Shown here: positions 1-10,152 of the stretch, one piece after another
Layout of the letters: each line of letters starts with the position of its first letter
How positions within the stretch are numbered: position 1 is the first letter of the stretch
Origin: Eledone cirrhosa
Lineage: Eukaryota
Reading direction: 5' to 3'
Assembly (NCBI GenBank): GCA_964016885.1
Contig: OZ024742.1
Location: 176,452,001-176,516,000, forward strand
Length of the DNA: 64,000 bases
Notes under the pieces: model-generated
Databases searched by the model: none
Told to the model about the DNA's origin: nothing
The model's input: only the letters and a program-made list of their open reading frames with translations
Position numbers and translations under genes: made by a program

Positions 1-1
1 C

Positions 2-280
2 ACACGCACCACCATTGCTATTACGTGGACCAATCATAAAACAGAGCTCCCACGCATCACCAGTATTATTACGCGGACCAATCAGAAACCAGAGGCCTAT
101 ACTATCGCTTGCCTGGTTGCCTTTCGATATATGATGGATGGATGGACCGCGGAATCCTGGAGAGTGGAGGTGAGAGAGAGAAAAATCTGGACGCTCAGCG
201 ACAATGCCAAAGATAAAGACAAATTCACCTCCTGGACGAGAATGCGAGCACTCCTCATTGTTTCGACCGCGGACGGCTAA
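2..280 (+). CDS. Probable C-terminal part of the RTE upstream ORF (ORF1), partial
   Basis: Frame 2 is open from the window edge to TAA at 278-280 (...TRMRALLIVSTADG*), just before the ORF2 frame opens at 286; no recognisable domain. Confidence 0.4.
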   Translation, partial: TRTTIAITWTNHKTELPRITSIITRTNQKPEAYTIACLVAFRYMMDGWTAESWRVEVRERKIWTLSDNAKDKDKFTSWTRMRALLIVSTADG

Positions 281-396
281 CATAACCCCATCGCCCCCCG
301 CCCCCACCTCCCCAACCCCCAAACGCAATCCAAAACTTCAGAGTTGGTACCATAAATGTAGGCACCCTAAAGGGTCGCGCTAACGAGGTTGTAGAA

Positions 397-3372
397 ATGC
401 TTGAACGTAAGGAGGTCGATGTTTGTTGTATTCAAGAGACCAGGTGGAGGGGTGGGTCTGCTAGGTTCATTGAGGGTAAAAAACGATGTTATAAGCTTTT
501 CTGGGTGGGAAACGACGATGGGCTGGGTGGAGTAGGAATCATGGTAGCAGAAAAGTGGGCAGATAAGATAATAGACGTAAATAGAGTGACCGACAGAATA
601 ATTAAAATACGACTTGTCCTCAATAGAACTACGGTGACAGTAATATCTGCGTACGCACCCCAATCCGGACTGCCCGGCACTATAAAAGACAGATTCTATG
701 AGACACTGATGCTAACTACCTCCCAAATATCCGACAGTGACTATATAATTATCGCAGGCGACCTAAATGGTCACGTTGGACAACATTGTGACGGCTACGA
801 CGAAATCCATGGAGGCTATGGGTTTGGTACTAGAAATGAGGAAGGCTCCAGAATCCTGGAATTCTGTGATGCAAATAACCTAACTATCTGTAACACTAAC
901 TTCAAAAAACGTGACAATCACTTGATCACCTATAGATCCGGGGAACACACAAGCCAGGTAGATTATATCCTTACCAGAAGACGTGACAGAGTGTCTGTTG
1001 TAAACACTAAATCCCTCCCACATGAAGAATGCACCTCCCAACATAGACTGATAATTAGCGACCTCATAGTCAGGACGAGACGTACTCGACAACAGAAGAG
1101 GATTATCCTCAGGAGGAAAATATGGAAGCTAAAGGACCCCACAGCCAGGAATAAATTTCAAAGCATATTACTTGATGCTTTCGACAGTAAGGAAGAACAT
1201 TTAGAGTCGGACAATATAGAGGGAGAGTGGGAATTTCTGAAAGCAAACCTGCTGTTGGCGACAGACGAAGTCTGTGGCTGGAGCAGGCCTGTAGGCAGGA
1301 GGAGAGTAACATGGTGGTGGAACAGTAAGGTGGAGGGGTCAATTAAGGCCAAAAAGCAGGCTTGGAAAGTATGGCGGGATGGGGGAAGTAGAGAGGACTA
1401 TCAAGTGGCCAGGAGGGAAGCTAGGAGACAAGTGTACTTAGCAAGAAGGGAAGCTGAGGAAAGAAAGTTCAAGCATGTTCTACAACGCGATGACCAAAAA
1501 CGTGAGGTGTTCAGGATTGCTAGGCAATGCGTCAAGGAAAACCGTGATATTGTCGGGGAGAAGTGTGTACTAAACGACGATGGCACACTTGCCATCACCG
1601 ACGGTGATAAGAAGGTAGCTTGGAAGTGTCACTATGAAAGGCTACTAAATGAGGAGAATAATTGGGAGAAAGGCAGTCTCCCCCATATCGACCCAATAGA
1701 GGGACCAGCAGTGTTAGTCGAGGGGAGTATAATAAGTAAGGCAATCAAGGATATGAAGACGGGTAAGGCGGCTGGGCCTTCGGAAATAGTTGCTGAGATG
1801 CTGAAGGCATCTGGCACGGTGGGACACACCATGGTCACCCGCATAGTTAACCAAGTCGTACAGAATGAGGTTGTTCCGAAGGACTGGCATAGCAGCATCA
1901 TCGTTAACTGTTATAAGGGTAAAGGAGACGCCCTAGATAGGAGTAACTATAGAGGCATTAAATTAATCGACCAGGTCATGAAGGTCACGGAAAAAGTAAT
2001 AGCGCAACTAATCAGAGAGAGAATTGACCTAGATGAAATGCAGTTCGGGTTTGTGTCAGGCAAAAGTACCACAGACGCTCTTTTCATAGTACGTCAACTA
2101 CAGGAGAAGTACCTAGCTAAAGGTAAACCCCTCTACTTAGCTTTTGTCGACTTGGAGAAAGCCTTCGACAGAGTCCCCCGCTCCATTATCTGGTGGGCTC
2201 TTAGAAAACTAGGCGTTGACGAATGGCTTGTGAGGGCTATACAAGCCATGTATAAAGAAACAGTCAGCAAGGTTAGAATTAACAACGAATATAGTGAAGA
2301 GTTTAGCGTAAAAGTTGGCGTCCATCAGGGCTCTGTTCTCAGCCCACTACTATTTATTATTGCCCTTCAGGCTATAACAGAGGAGTTCAAGACAGGCTGC
2401 CCATGGGAACTCCTATACGCAGACGACCTGACACTCATAGCGGAATCAATGGCCGAGCTAGAGAAGAAATTCCAAACATGGAAGCACGGCCTAGAGTCAA
2501 AAGGACTTAAAATTAACCTGGCTAAGACCAAAGTACTAGTTTGTAGGAAAGAAAACAAGGCGGCGGTCCCTTCTGGTAAATGGTCGTGCTCGGTGTGTAG
2601 GAAAGGCGTAGGTAGAAACTCCATTTTATGTCCTAAATGCAAAGTATGGGTGCATAAAAGATGTAGTGGGATCACAGGTAAGCTAACTAAGAACATAGAT
2701 TTTACATGTGGCCGGTGCTCTGGTGCAATAAGTAGCAGCAAGTGCCCACAGGCTACTAGCTCTTTCAATTGCGCAGAGGGTTCTATAGAAATAGTGGACA
2801 GCTTCCGTTACCTGGGCGATAAAATCAGCAGTGGGGGAGGGTGCTCTGAAAGTACTGTAGCTAGAGTCAGAACTGGTTGGAAAAAGTTCAGAGAGCTTAT
2901 AACACTATTAGCTGCTAAAGGGTTCTCACTAAAAATGAAAGGCAGGTTGTACGATGCCTGCATACGAACAGCAATGCTGCATGGCAGTGAGACCTGGGCA
3001 TTGTGTGCAGAGGATATACGCAGACTAGAGAGGAACGAAGCTTGCATGCTCCGCTGGATGTGTAACAGTAATATACGTGAACGGCAAAGCATAAACGAAC
3101 TAAGGAAAAAATTAGAGATAAGAGGGATCAGATGTTGTTTACTCGAGAGAAGGCTACGTTGGTATGGACACGTGATGCGCATGAAAGTCGATAGCTGTAT
3201 AACAAAGTGCAGGGCAATAAAGATAGACGGTAGTCACGGAATAGGCAGACCTAGAAAAACCTGGGACGAGCTGATAAACTCCGACATCACACACTTACAC
3301 CTCTCCAAGACAATGTCACTGGACCGAGACCTTTGGCGGTACTCAGTAACAGAGAAGACCCGCCTTACCTAA
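397..3372 (+). CDS. RTE ORF2: APE endonuclease + reverse transcriptase with internal PHD finger (frame open from 286)
   Basis: APE motifs CIQETRW, SAYAPQ, AGDLNGH, VDYIL, SQHRL; RT motifs QFGF, FVDLEKAFD, GVHQGSVLSP, LLYADD, FRYLG; RTE-type C-terminus RRLRWYGHVMR, GRPRKTW; no stops or frameshifts. Confidence 0.96.
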   Translation: MLERKEVDVCCIQETRWRGGSARFIEGKKRCYKLFWVGNDDGLGGVGIMVAEKWADKIIDVNRVTDRIIKIRLVLNRTTVTVISAYAPQSGLPGTIKDRFYETLMLTTSQISDSDYIIIAGDLNGHVGQHCDGYDEIHGGYGFGTRNEEGSRILEFCDANNLTICNTNFKKRDNHLITYRSGEHTSQVDYILTRRRDRVSVVNTKSLPHEECTSQHRLIISDLIVRTRRTRQQKRIILRRKIWKLKDPTARNKFQSILLDAFDSKEEHLESDNIEGEWEFLKANLLLATDEVCGWSRPVGRRRVTWWWNSKVEGSIKAKKQAWKVWRDGGSREDYQVARREARRQVYLARREAEERKFKHVLQRDDQKREVFRIARQCVKENRDIVGEKCVLNDDGTLAITDGDKKVAWKCHYERLLNEENNWEKGSLPHIDPIEGPAVLVEGSIISKAIKDMKTGKAAGPSEIVAEMLKASGTVGHTMVTRIVNQVVQNEVVPKDWHSSIIVNCYKGKGDALDRSNYRGIKLIDQVMKVTEKVIAQLIRERIDLDEMQFGFVSGKSTTDALFIVRQLQEKYLAKGKPLYLAFVDLEKAFDRVPRSIIWWALRKLGVDEWLVRAIQAMYKETVSKVRINNEYSEEFSVKVGVHQGSVLSPLLFIIALQAITEEFKTGCPWELLYADDLTLIAESMAELEKKFQTWKHGLESKGLKINLAKTKVLVCRKENKAAVPSGKWSCSVCRKGVGRNSILCPKCKVWVHKRCSGITGKLTKNIDFTCGRCSGAISSSKCPQATSSFNCAEGSIEIVDSFRYLGDKISSGGGCSESTVARVRTGWKKFRELITLLAAKGFSLKMKGRLYDACIRTAMLHGSETWALCAEDIRRLERNEACMLRWMCNSNIRERQSINELRKKLEIRGIRCCLLERRLRWYGHVMRMKVDSCITKCRAIKIDGSHGIGRPRKTWDELINSDITHLHLSKTMSLDRDLWRYSVTEKTRLT

Positions 3373-3765
3373 ATATATAGTAAAACCTACTCCAGCCAGT
3401 AGGCATCCCTAACAAAATACACCCCGTCCCACCACCCCCACCCCATCCACACCACCCCGTTCTATGTAAAGTTATGTTGGTGCCGCGCCATCGAGGCCGA
3501 AACAAATGAGATCGTGTAGGTGTCACGACAAAAAAATACACAGTACACGCTGTAATGTGGCCGTGTAGGCAACACGGTAAAAACCTCCCAGACCCACACT
3601 GTAAATGTGGTTGGTGTTAGGAAGGGCATCCAACTGTAGAAAACCTGCCAGACAGTCCTATGCGAGCAAGACAATCACTCTTGCCTCAAGTGGGACTACC
3701 CCCCGTCCAAACCCATGCAAGCGTGGAACACGGACGTTAAACGTTGATGATGATGATGATGATGA

Positions 3766-3824
3766 TATATAATATATATATATATAGTGACACATACACA
3801 TTTATATATATATACACACAAATA

Positions 3825-3880
<56 letters not shown>

Positions 3881-3984
3881 CTCACACATACACATTTATA
3901 TATATATATATATACATACAAATAGACACATATATATATATATATATATTTACTCACACATACACATTTATATATATATATATA
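3766..3984. repeat. (TA)n/(CA)n compound microsatellite
   Basis: Direct inspection. Confidence 0.9.
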
Positions 3985-6020
3985 TGTTGTTGGCAGACAC
4001 TGATCTTGTGCTGATATAATCAGTCCTTCAGTTTCCGATTTCAGTCCAGAGGATGCCAACCACTGATGGGTTAAAGTCTTGTCAACATCAGGATCGTTAG
4101 CTCGTTCTAGGTATTTTCCATACAGAGGCTTTTCTTGCCATTTCTTAGCCAGTTTCTGTAGCAGTTCTTTCTTTGCAGTTACTTTTACCTGCTTTGCTTT
4201 TACTGTGTTTTCCATTTCAGCAGTAAATGGGACTTCTGAAATGTGTAGTCCATTACTGTATCTTTGTGCATCTTTTGTAATGGAGTATGATCTTTTGATG
4301 CTTTCGCGTTTCAAAACGAGTTTGATCATCCAATCATGTGATTCCCTTTGATATGTAGATAATCCAATTATTGCAGTTTTCAACGCAATGTCTAACTGGA
4401 TTAACCCACGTCCTCCTTCTTTCCTAGGGAGATATATTCTATCTGTATCTGCCTTAGGGTGATGCATTCTGTGCATGGTTAAGAATTTTCGAATTTTTGT
4501 ATTGAGCCTACGGATTTCTGTGCTTCACCAGTTGATGATATTGTAACTGTAGGTTACTACTTGTATGGCAAGCGTGTTTATGGCATCGATCCTCTTCCTT
4601 GCATTCAATTCCGTTCTTAAGATTGTTCTTACTCTGCGGTAACATTCCTTCCTTATCATTTCCCTCATTGTCGAGTGCTTGATTCCGTCTCCTTCACAAA
4701 CACCTAGATATTTGTAAGTTTCCTCTTGATCAAGTTCTCTTATCACATTCCCCCGATCAAGATTAATGTCTGAACTTTTCAGCAGCTTTCCTCTGGTGAA
4801 CGTTGCTTTGGCGCATTTATTTAGTCCAAACTCCATTTTAATGTCATCACTGAACTGTTCCACAGTGGATAATAGCCCTTGCAATTGTTCATTATTTTTT
4901 GCAAATAATTTCAGGTCATCCATGTAGAACAAGTGATTAATGGTTTTGTCATAGACTTTATATCCATGTTTTGTTTCATTGAGCATTTTACTTAATGGTA
5001 TAAGCGCGATGCAGAATAAAAGCGGTGATAAAGAGTCACCCTGAAAAATTCCACTATTAATATTAACTTCTCCAGCTTCCAGTGATTTTGTTTCACTATT
5101 CAAAAGGAGTTTCGTTTACTGAATGACAAAAACCTCTTGACAACGGGAGATATTTTGAAAATCTCTAAAGATTTTTCAATCCAACTGTGTGGCAAACTAT
5201 CGAATGCTTTTTTATAATCTATCCAAGCACTTGATAGATTTGTGTGGCTAGTATGACAATCTTCCGGTATCATTTTGTTAACTAAAAACTGATCCTTACA
5301 GCCATATGAGCCTCGTTTACACCCTTTCTGCTCAATGGGAAATAGGTCATTTGTTATCAGGTGGTCATATGTATATTTAGTTAGGACTGATGTTAAAATG
5401 TTATACATTGTGGTCAAGCAAGTTATCGGTCTGTAATTTTTGGGATTGTTTGTCTCATTATTCTTCGGAAGCAGGAATGTAATGCCGTTAACTAGCCATG
5501 ATGGTATCTTTTCTGGCTCCTTAACTATTTCATTGTAAAGTTGGGCTAACAGCTCATGAGACTCTGTGAAGGCATTTATCCAAAAATTTTGTATTTTGTC
5601 TTTTCCTGGGGATTTCCATTTGCTGGTTTTTCTAAGAGCCAAACGCAACTGTTCAACTGTTATATTTTCCCATATTTGTTCCTCAAGGTGAGCTGTATTT
5701 TTCATTTGTCTGTCTATCCATGGGGCATGTATATTATGAACTTTTTCTTCGGCCCAGATCTTTTCCCAGAATTCTTGCACTTCCTCCTTGGGTGGTATTG
5801 ATTTAGCAGTTATTGTTGACTTACCAATTTTTCTGTAGAAGTTTCTTTGGTTGTTTTTGAACATATTATTGTCCTTATAGAATCTAGATCGTTTTTCAAA
5901 GCACCTTATACGAGCAGCTTTGGCCGACACTTTTTGCTTGATTATTTCTATCAGCATGTCTCTGTCACTTGTTGATTTCATACTGTACTTTCTTTTCAAT
6001 TTTCTAAGTTTAGTTTGTTG
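3985..6020 (-). mobile_element. R4/Dong-type non-LTR element fragment (RT region; truncated at both ends; frameshifted)
   Basis: ORF pieces 5999-5100, 5103-4525 and 4476-3985: [73 protein letters not shown]. Confidence 0.9.
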
Positions 6021-6037
6021 TTATTATTATTATTATT

Positions 6038-9000
6038 GAATGCTATGGTTGACGGAGGCTCGGCTCTGTAAGGTATTGTAAATTTTGACCGCTATAACAA
6101 TTGTAAATTGTTTAAAACTTTAACCAAATTGTAGACAAAAACACCCTCCTCCTTGTGAGAGGGGTCTTTCTGCCCGTTATTTGGTCCTTCGGGGTTAAAA
6201 AACCGCTTATTAGGGTTTTCTGCCCAATATTTATTTTAAACAAAAAAAAACATGGCTACGAAAAAGAATGTTCATAGGTCGCTCCCACTCATTCCGTCTT
6301 CTTCCTCAATCGTCACTACAGCAGAGAGAAGATTGTCTCTCTCCCTCCCTTCTCTAAATGTGTCTCTCTCCCTCCCTTCTATTTCGCAAGCGACGCCAGC
6401 AAAGAAAAATCACGTACAAAGCGTGCAACATTTCTCCACGACGACAACGACGAAAAAGGTGTGCGGGAAATACGAAAACCCATTTCATTCGTCTGATGTC
6501 ATGAATAATAGCAGTAGCAGCCGTAATAACAGCAACAGCAGCAACAGTGACAAGGAAAACAACAGTAGCAGCCGCAACAGCATCAGCAGCAGCATAAACA
6601 ATAACAGCACTAGCAGCAACAGCAACAACAACAGAGCAGGAGCAACAACAACAACAACAACCACAGCAACAACGGCGGCGGCAGTAGTCGTAGTACCTGC
6701 AGCAACAACAAAAGTAACAGCAGCTCTGACGACAACAACAACAACAACAACAACAACAACAGCAGCAAAGAAAAACCAAACTCGTTTGCATATATCGCAG
6801 AGAACCTGGAAACCGTCCTCATAACAAATGAGGAATTAGAGGAAGCGAAGAAGATGGTGACGAAAACCGGACACGGAGCAATCTGCAAGGCAGCCGAAAC
6901 ATTTTTCGAAACCCAACATCACTGTACGGTCACGTACCGCACAGTAAGCACAAATTCAACGGTCCATTCACCAGACGTTCAAGTGAAAAGGGATGGAGAA
7001 ACCATCCTTCCTCTACGAAAAGTACGGTAAGTGGTCTTTCCCATCTTTTCCACTCTATTTTAAAAATGACCTCACTCGGAATAGGCAGCATAAATGCGCG
7101 TGGCTTGGGGTCGTCATGGAAGCAGGGTCACCTGCTCAACGACCTCAGGTCACTAAACATAGATGTAGTGGCCATCAGCGAGACCAGAATCTCCGAAGCA
7201 CGGGCCTTCGCATCGAACATCGGCGGCCACGATGTGTACGCATCTCCCAGCCGTCCTGGATCGGAGGGAGTAATTGCTGCGCTTTTTCGGAGAGGTTTGG
7301 ATCTCGCCATACGGGCCATCTTCCTGGACCCAGAGGGTAAGTTGGTGGTGCTGGACGTAACCAGCGGAGACAGGCAAGCTTTCAGGCTAGTGGCCGTCTA
7401 TGCCCCGACAGGAGCAGGGCGGCCTGATTTCTTCCGGCGTCTGGAGACCTTTCTTGGAACGTCCCGCTCTTTAGTGTTGGTGGGCGACTGGAACACGGTT
7501 GTAGATGCACGCTGGGACTGTGTGGGATTAGCGGATAGGGGTGGAGGGTGCAAGAGCCTCACCAACCTGCTCAGGCGTTTTGAACTGTCTGACAGGTACC
7601 GATTGGATTTCCCGAACGCCGTTCAATGGGCCCGAGTGGCGGAGGCGCGTCGTGGCAACAAAGCCACGATGCGGTCTTTGGTGGACCGCGACGCGCGCTT
7701 GCTACTGGATCCCGGGCAAATGTGTCAAGCTTTTCAGCGACACTTAGCTCAGCTGTTCGGGGGCAGCGGTGGGCCGGGTCGAGGGATGAACTTTAGTGTC
7801 TACCTTGACGGACTGCCACGGCTCTCGACCACTGAGGCGGAGTGTTGTGAAAAGCCGATAACGCCTGGTTTGGATGGTCTGCCATATGAACTTTACGTAT
7901 AGAATCCAGACTTGTTCGGAGGCCTCTTGGCGGACGTCTACTGCAACTGGCAACAAAACGGGAGAATTCCCAGCTCTGTGAGCCGAGGAGCGGTGGCACT
8001 GCTGAGAAAGGATCCGAACAAGGGGGATAACATAGATAATTTTCAGAGTTCAAGATTTTGGCCAAGGTGCTAGCAAAGACGTTGGCACTTGTCGTTGGTG
8101 GTCTCGTGCGAGAGGCGCAGACATGCGCCATTCCCGACAAATCCATCCACGACAACCTCCACCTCATGCGATACATCGTAGAGAGGGTAGCTAGGGAACC
8201 TGGCACGGGTGGGTCCTTGATCAATTTAGATCAGTCGAAAGCTTTCGATAGGGTCGACCATCGTTACCTAGCGGCAGTCCTGAGGACGGCTGGCTTTGGG
8301 CCCGTCTTCAGAGGCTGGATCGCTGCCATGCACAGCGACATCTGCTCTGTGGTGAGAGTAAACGGTCACCTTTCGAAACCGTTCAACATCATGCGCTCGG
8401 TCCGCCAAGGATGTCCCCTCTCGTCCCTCTTGTACGTATTGATTCTCGAGCCATTACTGCACAGACTGGAGACATTGAGGGGCGTCCCGCGCGAACTAGG
8501 ATGCTGAAGATCCGTGTCAGCATATGCGGACGATGTCAACGTAGTGGTGTTGAACGCCAAACACATCGAGGCGATCGGCACTACACTAAGAGAATACGAA
8601 GCAGTGACAGGAGCAATGATCAACCAGGAAAAGTCAGTGGGCTTGCAGCTCGGCACCTGGACAGGCAGGTCCATGCCGGCCAACAGCGTCGTCTGAAGCT
8701 GGAAGGACGGACCGGTTAAATTGCCAGGGGTCTGGTTCGGTCCGGACATCCAGACGAACAAAAACTGGGACGAGGTGACGAGCAGGGTGGCTTCTCTCAC
8801 CCAGAAATGGGCAGAGAGGAAGCTATCGCTGAAAGGTCGAGCGGAGGTGGCTAACGCGTACATCGCGTCTGTCATCTGCTACCGCCTGACCGTCGTACCT
8901 TGTCCTAAGCCTCGCCTGACTGCGCTGGAGCGTTTGCTCTTTCGCTTTTTGTGGAAGGGACGCGCTCCGATGGTCAGGCGGTCCATCTGTTGTCAACATC

Positions 9001-10152
9001 CGCTACGTGGAGGGCTGGGCATGCCGTGGCTGATGATGCGCAGACACGCGCTCAGGCTACGACATCTCCACCTCTTCCTCGACGGTGATCAGGTGTAGTC
9101 GCCGTTTTCTAGACACGTATTTCCCTAGCTCGTTTCCTTGACGGAGCTGCAGTCCTGGGTCAAGCGAATACCGAGAGGGAGCGCCTGGAGACTGGAATGT
9201 CTTCAGGCGCTCACAGCCCTCGACCAATCGGGCAATGTGATCGGTGGAAACACCACCTCGGCGTTCTATAGAGGATTAGTGGAGTGGAAGAGCGACGACG
9301 TACTTGGGGAAACTCTAGGCGTCGACGAAAATCAACTAGCCAATCTCTTCGGAAGAAATTTCTGGCCGGGACCTATGGACAACTTCCAGAAATCTCTGGG
9401 CTGGCAGTGCTACCGAGGAGCTTTGCCAGTTCGGGATAAACTCTACAAGCATGGAAGTACCGCCAGCCGGGCATGTCCGAAATGCGCGCAGGGCGACGAA
9501 ACCGTCCTGCACGCACTCGTCCAGTGTCCGAAAATTGCTGACTTGTGGGTTTATGTCGAACACCTGCTGTGGCGTGAGGACGGATCCGGCTATCTTCTGA
9601 GTCCATCGTGAGGATTGCCCCGCCCCCTTACTTTAGCCTGGAAGGGCAGGCAGTTTTTATCTGTCTGGTGGCCATGGCGAAAGAGATAGTATGGTGGACA
9701 CGTTTGAAAGGGCTGAAGACCAGCATTACTTCTTCGGTGTTGCCCTGATTAACTTTTTCAAATTTCATTTGAAAAGGAAAATCAGAGTAGAGAGGGAAGT
9801 GCTCTCTTCCCAGCATTTTGTTGAAAGATGGGTGACAGAATCAAGAATGGCCCCAGTATATATCTGTAAATTAAAGGTGGACAACTGGGAGAGGGAACTT
9901 GCCTTGGTGGTCAGGGTCACTGTGGCCTTTTACTGGGCTTTCTCCAGAAATGTCCCTCCGAAGTCTCTCCCCTATTGGGGAATTTTTCATTGTTATTTTT
10001 GTTACATCCTCTGTTTTTGTTTTTTAAAAGCAGAAATGCCCATTTGTACCGTCCTGTATTGTCCTGTACTGTTGATAATGTCTAATTTATGTACACCCTT
10101 GTGGTTAATAAAGAAAACATTATTATTATTATTATTATTATTATTGTTATTA
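6038..10152 (+). mobile_element. Tx1/L1-clade LINE copy 1, internally deleted and degenerate, with (ATT)n on both sides
   Basis: ORF1 remnant from 6252; ORF2 from 7066 (SINARGL, AISETR, VGDWN, PGLDGLP, LDQSKAFDRV, RQGCPLS, YADD, CPKC..H..C); AATAAA at 10107, then (ATT)n. Confidence 0.92.

Larger units (their letters stand above)
1..3765 (+). mobile_element. RTE-clade non-LTR retrotransposon; 5' end outside the window; 3' UTR ends in a stem-loop and (GAT)n tail
   Basis: APE+RT ORF; 3' end ccatgc-aa-gcgtgg hairpin (3713-3726) followed by ggacgttaaacgttgatgatgat. Confidence 0.93.

Noticed and set aside
6354-6888. Cys-rich and Leu-rich ORFs on -
   Set aside because: Antisense of the (ACA/GCA)n low-complexity part of Tx1 ORF1
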